Assembly (NCBI GenBank): GCA_963821895.1
Contig: CAWGFQ010000007.1
Location: forward strand, 60,203-124,202
From: an uncultured Solirubrobacterales bacterium
GTDB lineage: Bacteria > Actinomycetota > Thermoleophilia > Solirubrobacterales > Solirubrobacteraceae
Length of the DNA: 64,000 nt
Direction: 5' to 3'
The position numbers and the translations under genes are program-made. The notes under the pieces were generated by a model, which was not told the DNA's origin, did no database searches, and was given only the letters and a program-made list of their open reading frames with translations. The first letter of the stretch is position 1; each line of letters begins with the position of its first letter. Below are positions 36,126 through 45,632 of the stretch, one piece after another.

Positions 36126-38366
36126 ATGTCCGCATTCCTGTCAGCCTCGTTGGACCGCGGCGAGGCCGTGCTGCGTTTTCCCTACGACGACTACCTGCGC
36201 CGGCTCTTGCGTGCGATTCCGGGGAGGCGCTGGGATCCGGTGCAGCGGGTGTGGTGCGTGCCGCTCGATCCGCCCGACCGCGCGGAGGCGCTGGGGCGGC
36301 TGCTGGAGGCGCTGCCCGAGGATGAGGCGCAGGTGAGTCCCGAGCTTGAGCGCACGCTCGCGCGGCGGCGTGAGCGGCGCGACCGGGGGGAGTGCCTGCT
36401 CGATGTGGTGCGCCCCGACGCGCACTGGTGGCTGGGGTTCGCCACCGATACGGCGCCCGAGCTGGTGGAGGCGCTTTTGGAACACCCGCGCGCATACGAG
36501 CTGGAGGCGATCGCGCGGGCGCTGATCCCGCTCGACGAAGAGGCCACGGCGCTCGTGGCGCTGCTGCGCGAGCAGAGCCCGCGGCTGCGCCTCAGCCACG
36601 CCGCGCAGCGCGCGCTCTCCGCGCACGGACGCCAGGTGGCCGGCGAGCGTCGTGCGGCGATCGCCCGGGAGGGACGCAAGGCGGGGGCCGCCACGCGCAC
36701 GCCCGCACAGAACGCCGACCCCTTCGGCCTGGACGCGCTGGAAGAACTACTCGCCGGGGACGAAGACATCGTGCAGCTCGGCACCGAGGCGCAGGAGGAG
36801 GTGGAGTCCGAGGAGGTGCGCCTGCGCCGCGCGCGCGAGGCCGAGCTGGTGGCGCTCTCCGCGGCGACCGAGGGCTCCCTGGAGGTGCCGGGCCTGGGGG
36901 GCGAGCTCAAGCCCTTCCAGCGCGCCGGCGTGAGCTATCTGCTCGCACAGCGCCGCGCGTTCCTCGCCGACGAGCAGGGACTCGGCAAGACGATCGAGGC
37001 GCTCGCGACGCTTGAGGCCGACGGGGCGTATCCAGCGGTGGTGGTGTGCCCCGCGAGCCTCAAGCTCAACTGGCTGCGCGAGCTCGGGCACTGGCTGCCG
37101 GGCCGCAGCGTGCGCGCGCTGTCGGGCACCGGCGTCCGCCGGGCCGGTGGGAGGGTGGAGGGCGCGCGCGGGCTCGCGGGTGCCGGCATTCACGAGGGGG
37201 ATGCCGGTGGGCCGTCCACGGATGGCGCCGGGCTCCGCCAGGCGGGCGGGCCCTCGGCCGCGGACGTGACGGTCGTCAACTACGACATTCTCGCCCCGCG
37301 CCTCTCGGAGCTGCGAGCGCTCCAGCCGCACGCGCTCGTGCTCGACGAGAGCCACTACTGCAAGAACGCCCGCGCCAAGCGCACGCAGGCCGTCGCGCAG
37401 CTGGCAGCGTGCGTGCCGCGCGAGGGGCTCGTGCTGGCGCTCACGGGCACCCCGGTGATGAACCACCCCAAGGAGCTGCTCTCGCAGCTGCGCATCCTCG
37501 GGCGCCTGGCCGAGTTCGGCACGGCCACGCGCTTCGCGAGTGACTACCTGCACGGCCCCGAAGCGCACCAGCGCTTGCACTGGCAGCTGCGCGCGCGCTG
37601 CTTCGCGCGGCGCCTCAAGCGCGACGTCTTGCCCCAGCTGCCGCCCAAGACGCGTGCGGTGGTGCCCGTCGAGCTCGACAACGAGCCCGAGTACCGCCTC
37701 GCCGAGCGCGATCTCGTGGCCTGGCTGCAAAGCCAGCCGCTCGACCTGGACGAGCTCGACGCGCGCGTGGCCGCCGCGCTGCGCGCCGAACGCCTCGTGC
37801 GCCTGAACGCGCTCAAGCTGCTCGCGGCGCGCGGCAAGCTGCACGCTGCGCTGGCGTGGATCCACGACTTCTGCACCTCCGGCGAGCGCCTGGTGGTGTT
37901 CGCGCACCATCGCGAGATCCAGCACGCCGTGCGCGAACGCTTCCCGCACGCGCTGCACATCCTCGGCGAGGACACGCACGCCGCGCGCGACGCCGCCTGG
38001 CAGAGCTTCCAGCAGCCCGACCACGCCGAGAACCAGCTGCTCGTCTGCTCGATCGAGGTGGCCGGCCAGGGCGTGACGCTCACGCGCTCCTCCAACGTCG
38101 TCTTCCTGGAGCTCGACTGGACACCCGCCAAGCACGACCAGGCGGAGGACCGCTGCCACCGCATCGGCCAGCAGGACGCCGTCAACGCAACCTACCTGCT
38201 CGCGGCGGGGACGGTGGACGAGACGATCGCCGCGCTCTTGGAGCGCAAGCGCGCGCTGATCGGCGCCGTCACCGACGGCCGCCCGGAGGACGAGGAGGGC
38301 GTCGTGGACGCGCTCGTGCGCGAGCTGCGCGGGGCGCCGTACCGGCATCTGCGGGCGGTGGCGTGA
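36126..38366 (+). CDS. SNF2-family helicase with an N-terminal HARP-like domain (SMARCAL1-like)
   Basis: LADEQGLGKT, LDESH, LTGTP and ELDWTP...QAEDRCHRIGQ. N-terminus LRFPYD...RAIPGRRWDPVQRVWCVP. Confidence 0.88.
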   Translation: MSAFLSASLDRGEAVLRFPYDDYLRRLLRAIPGRRWDPVQRVWCVPLDPPDRAEALGRLLEALPEDEAQVSPELERTLARRRERRDRGECLLDVVRPDAHWWLGFATDTAPELVEALLEHPRAYELEAIARALIPLDEEATALVALLREQSPRLRLSHAAQRALSAHGRQVAGERRAAIAREGRKAGAATRTPAQNADPFGLDALEELLAGDEDIVQLGTEAQEEVESEEVRLRRAREAELVALSAATEGSLEVPGLGGELKPFQRAGVSYLLAQRRAFLADEQGLGKTIEALATLEADGAYPAVVVCPASLKLNWLRELGHWLPGRSVRALSGTGVRRAGGRVEGARGLAGAGIHEGDAGGPSTDGAGLRQAGGPSAADVTVVNYDILAPRLSELRALQPHALVLDESHYCKNARAKRTQAVAQLAACVPREGLVLALTGTPVMNHPKELLSQLRILGRLAEFGTATRFASDYLHGPEAHQRLHWQLRARCFARRLKRDVLPQLPPKTRAVVPVELDNEPEYRLAERDLVAWLQSQPLDLDELDARVAAALRAERLVRLNALKLLAARGKLHAALAWIHDFCTSGERLVVFAHHREIQHAVRERFPHALHILGEDTHAARDAAWQSFQQPDHAENQLLVCSIEVAGQGVTLTRSSNVVFLELDWTPAKHDQAEDRCHRIGQQDAVNATYLLAAGTVDETIAALLERKRALIGAVTDGRPEDEEGVVDALVRELRGAPYRHLRAVA

Positions 38367-38460
38367 CTCGGTGGGCTGTGCGCTGGCGGCTCGGGCTCGG
38401 GTGTGCAGAGTGTGCGGGCAGGCCGCCGCGATCGGGCGCGCCCGCCCCGCTCGTAGGCGT

Positions 38461-38489
38461 TTGACAGCACCCCACCGCAGGAGTACCGT
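38461..38489 (+). promoter_or_regulatory. Sigma70-type promoter of the SGNH hydrolase gene
   Basis: TTGACA-N17-TACCGT. Confidence 0.65.
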
Positions 38490-38574
38490 GAAATTCGCCG
38501 GTCTTCTTGATTCGCGCCCTCTGTGGCCGCGCGGCCGGCGAGAACCCACCCAGCAACACACCGGGAGGAAAGAG

Positions 38575-39495
38575 ATGATTTTTGGGTCGCGCAGTTCACT
38601 CATACGCACGATCGGCTGCCTGCTCGCGCTCGCATGCGCGCTGCTCGCGCTGTCCCTTGCGCCCGCCGCGGGCGCCGCCGGCCGGCCCTCGGCCGCGAGC
38701 TGGCACCACACCGCTGCGCCCAGCAGCTACCTCGCGCTCGGCGACTCGCTCGCCTTCGGCTACTCGCAGGCGAAGTTCAACAGCCTGCTCCCCAATGAGC
38801 CCCCTGCCGCGTATGACACCGGCTACGTCGACGATTTCGCCAGGGTGCTGCGGCTGTTCAATCCGGGCCTGCAGACGATCAACGACGGCTGCCCCGGCGA
38901 GACGACCGACTCGTTCATCAACGGCCCCTGCGCCTACCAGCTGCAGTTCCCGCTGCACCACCCCTACAGCGGTGGCACCAGCTCCTCGCAGCTCTCCGAC
39001 GCCCTCGCCTATCTGGCCGCGCATCCGGGCCGAGTCAGCCCGATCACGCTCGACATCGGCGCCAACGACGCGCTCGGTGTGATCAAGGTGCAGTGCAATC
39101 TGCAGCCGGCCTGCATCGCCGCCGCCGCACCCGCGCTGTTCGCGCACATCGCCGGCAACCTCGGCGCGATCCTCGCGCAGCTGCGCGCCAAGGCGCCCAG
39201 CGCGCAGATCATCGTGCTCGGGCTGTACAACCCGTTCGGATCGAGTCTCGCCGGCGCGGACCAGCTCACCGCAGCGCTGAACGAAGCCGAGCAGAAGGTC
39301 GCGGCGGGATTTGGTGCGCGCTTCGCCGACCCGCTGCCGCTATTCAACCCGCCCGAACCGCTGGAGCGGCCGACGATCTGCCTGCTCACGAACATGTGCA
39401 CGCCGCTGGTGGACATCCACCCGACCGACCTCGGCTACGCGGTGCTCGCGGGCACCATCCTCAGGCAGTACAGCTTTCTCCCGGCAGTTCAGTAG
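38575..39495 (+). CDS. Secreted SGNH/GDSL hydrolase
   Basis: Signal peptide, LGDSL, GCPGETT, IGAND and DIHP. GGAGG RBS. Confidence 0.92.
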   Translation: MIFGSRSSLIRTIGCLLALACALLALSLAPAAGAAGRPSAASWHHTAAPSSYLALGDSLAFGYSQAKFNSLLPNEPPAAYDTGYVDDFARVLRLFNPGLQTINDGCPGETTDSFINGPCAYQLQFPLHHPYSGGTSSSQLSDALAYLAAHPGRVSPITLDIGANDALGVIKVQCNLQPACIAAAAPALFAHIAGNLGAILAQLRAKAPSAQIIVLGLYNPFGSSLAGADQLTAALNEAEQKVAAGFGARFADPLPLFNPPEPLERPTICLLTNMCTPLVDIHPTDLGYAVLAGTILRQYSFLPAVQ

Positions 39496-39546
39496 CAGCG
39501 ATCCCGGCCGGGCAGGGTGGGCCGACGCTACCTGGCCCGGCCTGTC

Positions 39547-40494
39547 CTATGCCGCCGTGCGCGCGCCGTCGCGATAGGTGGCTGCCGACTCTTGCAATAC
39601 CTGCAGCATCGCCGGGGCCGCCGGCGCGAGGCGTCCGCCGAAGGGCACCGCCACGATCACCTGGCGCACCGGTGGGGAGGGGGCCAGTGCGCGCACGACG
39701 ATGTCCTTGCGCACGGCCGTCGAGAGCGCCAGCTCGGGGATGAAAGCCACGCCCACGCCCGCACCCACGAGGCCCTGCACGGTCGCGTAGTCGTCGCTCT
39801 CGAACGCGACGTTCGGCTCGAAGCCCGCCGCGTGGCAGCAGCGCACCACGTGGCGCGCGCAGGGGCTTGCCTGCGATGTCTGCACCCACGCCTCGGCGTG
39901 CAGGTCCTGTAGGCGCAGCTCTCTGCGGCGGGCGAGTTTGTGTTTGCGGGGCAGCGCCAGATACAGCGCGTCTGCCAGCAGCTCCACGCGCGTGAGGCTC
40001 TCGCCGAGTGTGAGGCTCTCCGCGAGCGGGTCGCCCACGTCGGCGAACTCGAACAGCAGCGCCAGGTCCAGCTCGCCCGCGTGCAGCCTGGGCGCGATCT
40101 CCTCGGGCTCGCCCTCGATCAGCGTCAGCTCCACCTGCGGGTGCACTGCGCGGAAGCGAGCGATCGCCAGCGGCATCAGGGTCGCTCCCGCCGTGGGGAA
40201 GCTTGCCATGCGCAAAGCCCCGCCGCGCAGCCCCGCCAGCTCTTCGAGCTCCGTCTCCGCCGTCTGGATGCGCGCGAGGATGCCCTCGGTGTGATCCACC
40301 AGCAGCCGCCCCGCTTCCGTCAGCCGTACCCCGCGCGGGCGGCGCTCCAGCAGCGCCATGCCCGTTTCCGCCTCCAGCGCCGCGATCTGCTGGGAGACCG
40401 CCGACTGCGTGTAGCTCATCGCATCCGCAGCCGCGCTGAACGAGCCGGCGGCTGACACCTCCCTGAGAACGCGCAGTCGAGCAACGTTGAGCAT
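39547..40494 (-). CDS. LysR-family transcriptional regulator
   Basis: GSFSAAADAMSYTQSAVSQQIAALE...LTEAG HTH plus a substrate-binding domain. Confidence 0.95.
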   Translation of the reverse strand: MLNVARLRVLREVSAAGSFSAAADAMSYTQSAVSQQIAALEAETGMALLERRPRGVRLTEAGRLLVDHTEGILARIQTAETELEELAGLRGGALRMASFPTAGATLMPLAIARFRAVHPQVELTLIEGEPEEIAPRLHAGELDLALLFEFADVGDPLAESLTLGESLTRVELLADALYLALPRKHKLARRRELRLQDLHAEAWVQTSQASPCARHVVRCCHAAGFEPNVAFESDDYATVQGLVGAGVGVAFIPELALSTAVRKDIVVRALAPSPPVRQVIVAVPFGGRLAPAAPAMLQVLQESAATYRDGARTAA

Positions 40495-40627
40495 GTCTAG
40501 ATGATAGAGCCTGGTATTAGCAAAACCGGCCCCACTCATCATAAAAATTATTTGCGCTCATGGCAGGGACGTGGCACCCTGAAGTGAAGCCAGCATCGAA
40601 CCCCACTCTTAAGGAGCTCTTTCAGTC

Positions 40628-41320
40628 ATGTCAACCAAGATCATCGTCAGCTACGACGGCACCAACAACGAGGACGACGCGATCGCCCTCGGTCGCGTCT
40701 TCGCCCGCGCCGGCGCGCAGCTTGCGCTCGCCTATGTGCGTCACACGCACGAGCCCGAGGCCGAGCGCGAGGCGCTCGCGCAGCACGAGGCCGGCGCGCT
40801 GCTCGACCGCGGCGCTGCGTTGCTAGGCGGCGAGAACGTCGAGCGGTTCGTCGTATCCGATCGCTCCACGCCCGAGGGCCTGCGCGCGCTCGCCGAACAG
40901 CAGGGCGCAGGCGTCGTCGTGTTCTGCTCGGACTCGCACACCGCCAAGGGCCACATCGGCGTGGGCAACTCCGCGCAGCGCCTGCTGGAGAACGGCCCCG
41001 TCGCGGTGGCGATCGCGCCCGCCGGTCTGGCGCAGCGCTCGGACGCGCACCTGCAGCAGGTTGCATATACCGAGGATCAGGGCGATTCCAGCGCTCGCGA
41101 AACCGCCTCCGCGCTCGCCGATGCGCTCGGCGCCGGGCTCGTCGCCTCCTCGCAGCCGGCCGAGCTGCTCGTCGTCGGCTCCCGCCCCGAGTCCGAGCCC
41201 GGCCGGGTCGGCGTCAGCGCCGCCTCGATGCGCCTCGTCGACGATGCCGCCTGGTCGGTGCTCGTCGTGCCGCGCGGCGTCACCGTGCCGTTCAGCGCCG
41301 GGGTGGGCGCCGGGGTCTAG
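40628..41320 (+). CDS. Universal stress protein (tandem USP-like)
   Basis: KIIVSYDG...A; LLVVGS...; SVLVVPR. AAGGAG RBS. Confidence 0.85.
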   Translation: MSTKIIVSYDGTNNEDDAIALGRVFARAGAQLALAYVRHTHEPEAEREALAQHEAGALLDRGAALLGGENVERFVVSDRSTPEGLRALAEQQGAGVVVFCSDSHTAKGHIGVGNSAQRLLENGPVAVAIAPAGLAQRSDAHLQQVAYTEDQGDSSARETASALADALGAGLVASSQPAELLVVGSRPESEPGRVGVSAASMRLVDDAAWSVLVVPRGVTVPFSAGVGAGV

Positions 41321-41457
41321 CTGGTGCGCTTGCGCTGGCGCAGGTAGCGCGCCAGCGCCTGCACGTAGTCCAGAGTCCCGCCGAGCAAGTGGCCGGCGGA
41401 ACCTGTCCACAGCCAAGTCTCCAGGCGGCGCAGGGCCGTGCGTGGGGTGGCGCTCAC
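41317..41457 (-). CDS. Small hypothetical protein (46 aa)
   Basis: GTG 7 nt after TACCGT on the minus strand. Reads MSATPRTALRRLETWLWTGSAGHLLGGTLDYVQALARYLRQRKRTS and fills the USP-tig gap exactly. Confidence 0.5.
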   Translation of the reverse strand: MSATPRTALRRLETWLWTGSAGHLLGGTLDYVQALARYLRQRKRTS

Positions 41458-41485
41458 GGGCGGCACGGTATCGTGGCCCCCACAA

Positions 41486-42913
41486 ATGCCCGCCCCTGCC
41501 TCTGTCTCCGATTCCCCGTCCGCCGTCGCTGCGACGGTGAGCGAGCTGCCCGACTCGCGCGTGCGCGTGCAGGTGACGGTCTCGCCCGGCGCCGTCGAGG
41601 AGCAGGTGCAGCGCAAGGCGCGCGCGCTCGGACGCGAGCTGAAGCTGCCCGGCTTCCGCCGCGGCAAGGTGCCCGCGCCACTCGTACTGCAGCGCATCGG
41701 CCGCGAGGCAGTCGTCGAGGAGGCCGTGCGCGACGCGCTCGGCGGCTGGTATGCCGACGCAATCGCGGCCTCGGGCATCGTGCCCGTCGGCGATCCCTCG
41801 CTGGATTTGGGCGACATGCCCGCGCAGGGCCAGGCGCTTGAGCTCTCGATCGAGATCGGCGTGCTGCCCGTCGCGCAGCTGGGTGAATACAAGGGCCTTG
41901 AGGTCGGCCGCCGCGAGGCGCACGCCGAAGAGAAGCTCGTGGACGAGGAGATCGAGCGGCTGCGCGATCGGCTGGCGAAACTGAGCAGCGTGCAGCGGGC
42001 TGCTGAGCAGGGCGATTTCGTGGTGATCGACTACCTCGGCTCGCTCGTCGGCGATGACGGAATGCTTGAGCCGTTCGCCGGCGGCGAGGGTCGCGACCAG
42101 CTCGTCGAGCTCGGCGCCGGCAGCCTCATCCCCGGCTTCGAGGAGGCGCTCGTGGGGGCCGCCGCCGGTGAGGAGCGCGAGGTTCGTCTTGAGTTCCCCG
42201 CCGACTACGGGCACGAGCCACTCGCCGGCAAGCCCGCCTCGTTTGCCGTGAGCGTCAAGGACGTCAAGCGCAAGGACCTGCCCGAGCTGGGCGAGGACTT
42301 CGCCATCGACGTCGGCTTCGACAGCGTGGATGAGCTGCGCGAGGACATCGCCGGGCGCCTGCGCGAGGCCGACGAGCAGCGTTCGCAGGGGGAGTTCCGC
42401 CAGGCCGCGCTGGACGGCGCCGTCGCGCAGGCCACAGTCGTGGCGCCGGCTGCACTCGTGCAGGCGCGCGCGCAGGAGATGTGGGAGCGGATGCTGCACT
42501 CGCTTTCGCACCGCGGCATCACGCGCGAGGCATACCTGCAGATCGACGGGCGCCCCGAGCAGGAGATCCTCGCCGAGTTGCTGCCCGACGCCGAGCAGGG
42601 CCTGCGGCGTGAGGCCGTCCTGACGGCGGTCGTGGCCGCCGAGGGCATCGAGCCCAGCGAGGAAGATCTGCTTGAGGCCGTCGCCGAGTCCGCCGAGCGG
42701 GAGGAGCTGACGCCCGCGCAGGTGCTGGTGCGGCTGCGAGAGTCCGGACGCCTGGAGGAGCTACGCGAGGATCTCGCCGCGCGCCAGGCCATCGACCTGA
42801 TCGCCGCAGAGGCAAAGCCGATCCCGCTGGAGCAGGCGCAGGCGCGCGAGAAGCTGTGGACGCCCGAGAAGGACGAGGAAAAGCAGTCAGCCCTGTGGAC
42901 ACCCGACCGCTAG
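41486..42913 (+). CDS. tig: Trigger factor
   Basis: Ribosome-binding motif PGFRRGKVP and FKBP domain LIPGFEE...FPADY. Lies upstream of clpP. Confidence 0.95.
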   Translation: MPAPASVSDSPSAVAATVSELPDSRVRVQVTVSPGAVEEQVQRKARALGRELKLPGFRRGKVPAPLVLQRIGREAVVEEAVRDALGGWYADAIAASGIVPVGDPSLDLGDMPAQGQALELSIEIGVLPVAQLGEYKGLEVGRREAHAEEKLVDEEIERLRDRLAKLSSVQRAAEQGDFVVIDYLGSLVGDDGMLEPFAGGEGRDQLVELGAGSLIPGFEEALVGAAAGEEREVRLEFPADYGHEPLAGKPASFAVSVKDVKRKDLPELGEDFAIDVGFDSVDELREDIAGRLREADEQRSQGEFRQAALDGAVAQATVVAPAALVQARAQEMWERMLHSLSHRGITREAYLQIDGRPEQEILAELLPDAEQGLRREAVLTAVVAAEGIEPSEEDLLEAVAESAEREELTPAQVLVRLRESGRLEELREDLAARQAIDLIAAEAKPIPLEQAQAREKLWTPEKDEEKQSALWTPDR

Positions 42914-42956
42914 CCTGAAGGAATAAAGGCCCCGAAGCGAAACTGAAGCGAGGATT

Positions 42957-43541
42957 ATGAGCCCACTTGTTCCAATGGTCGTCGAGCAGACCTCGCGTGG
43001 CGAGCGTGCCTTCGACATCTACAGTCGCCTGCTCAACGAGCGCATCATCTTCCTCGGCACGCCCGTGGACGACCAGATCGCCAACCTGATCGTGGCGCAG
43101 CTCCTGCACCTGGAGAGCGAGGACCCCGAAAAGGACGTCTCCATCTACATCAACTCGCCCGGCGGCTCCGTCTACGCGGGCCTCGCCATCTACGACACGA
43201 TGCAGTTCATCAAGCCCGCCGTGCAGACCATCTGCGTGGGCATCGCCATGTCGATGGGTGCACTGCTGCTGGCCGGGGGCGCCGCGGGCAAGCGCATGGC
43301 GCTGCCCAACGCCAAGATCCTGATCCACCAGGTCTCCTCAAGCTTCCAGGGCCAGGCCACCGACATCGAGATCCACGCCAAGGAGATCATCGACGTGCGC
43401 CGCCGGCTGGATGAGATCATCGCCAAGCACACCGGCAAGGAGCTCTCGGAGGTGCGCCACGACACCGAGCGCGACTACTTCATGTCCTCCGATGAGGCCA
43501 AGGAGTACGGCATAATCGACCGCGTAATCTCAGAGCACTAA
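42957..43541 (+). CDS. clpP: ATP-dependent Clp protease proteolytic subunit
   Basis: [30 protein letters not shown] and ERDYFM. Confidence 0.97.
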   Translation: MSPLVPMVVEQTSRGERAFDIYSRLLNERIIFLGTPVDDQIANLIVAQLLHLESEDPEKDVSIYINSPGGSVYAGLAIYDTMQFIKPAVQTICVGIAMSMGALLLAGGAAGKRMALPNAKILIHQVSSSFQGQATDIEIHAKEIIDVRRRLDEIIAKHTGKELSEVRHDTERDYFMSSDEAKEYGIIDRVISEH

Positions 43542-43590
43542 GCTCTGGGTCCCAGCGCGCGGGACGCCGAGGAGAGGAGCACACCACACC

Positions 43591-44880
<1,290 letters not shown>

Positions 44881-44891
44881 CGGCCTGTTGC

Positions 44892-45395
44892 TCAATCGTC
44901 GCTTCGGCGACGCAGCCGTTCTGCGGCTTCCAGCGTCTCCACGTCCGCCAGATCCTGGGGCCGGGCGGCAGCGCGCTTCATGGTGAGCAGGTCCTCAATC
45001 GATGCGACCCGCACAGGGTTGCCCGCCAATTCCATGATGTCGGCGCGCTCGCGCAGGGTCTCATAGCTGGGCGCGCCCGATGGCTCGACCAGCAGGTCGA
45101 TGTCGCCGGCCGAGGTCGTCAGGCAAAGGATCTGAGTGCCTCGCAGGGTCCGGCCATCCGGCACGAACGGGACGTTCTCATCTATGCCGCGCAAGCGGGC
45201 GCCAACTGCGAGCAGCACACCGCCAAGGGCATCGAGGTTCTCCTGGGTCGTCGAGTAGCAGATGTCGAGATCCTTGGTGAAGCGAGGCATGGCCTGCAGG
45301 ACGACAGCCACGCCGCCCACGATCACGAAGTCCACGTCGTTCTCGACGAGCATGCGCACCAACGTGCGCGGCGTGTGTTCAGACAAGTTCGCCAC
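44892..45395 (-). CDS. Nucleotidyltransferase-fold protein (DUF6036/AbiEii-like), putative toxin
   Basis: FVIVGGVAV...RFTKDLDI...DIDLL...SIEDLLTMKRAAARPQDLAD. Confidence 0.75.
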   Translation of the reverse strand: MANLSEHTPRTLVRMLVENDVDFVIVGGVAVVLQAMPRFTKDLDICYSTTQENLDALGGVLLAVGARLRGIDENVPFVPDGRTLRGTQILCLTTSAGDIDLLVEPSGAPSYETLRERADIMELAGNPVRVASIEDLLTMKRAAARPQDLADVETLEAAERLRRRSDD

Positions 45396-45573
45396 GGGCG
45401 CGTGCGCCGGCCTCGGCCAGTTCGCGTCCCCACTCGTACATGCTTTCCATCTGGGCGAGCCGCTGGTCGGGAGTCAGGCGGAGCTGCTGGGCGATCAGCG
45501 TTTCATCGACGCTTGGATGTGCCGCCCGGGCGGCAGACTCTGTGCTCGTGTCTGGAGCCGACCCCGTTGTCAT
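45379..45573 (-). CDS. Small partner protein (64 aa), putative antitoxin
   Basis: VDETLIAQQLRLTPDQRL. Overlaps the NTase start by 17 nt. Confidence 0.6.
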   Translation of the reverse strand: MTTGSAPDTSTESAARAAHPSVDETLIAQQLRLTPDQRLAQMESMYEWGRELAEAGARARGELV

Positions 45574-45632
45574 GTCTCATACGATAGCCAGCCATCGGCT
45601 GCGCCCAGTCGCCGGGTTAGACTCACGCTCCC

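Noticed and set aside
42850..42913. Repeated LWTP at the trigger factor C-terminus as a DNA duplication scar
   Set aside because: It is a short protein-level motif with synonymous differences and is more likely a functional tail.
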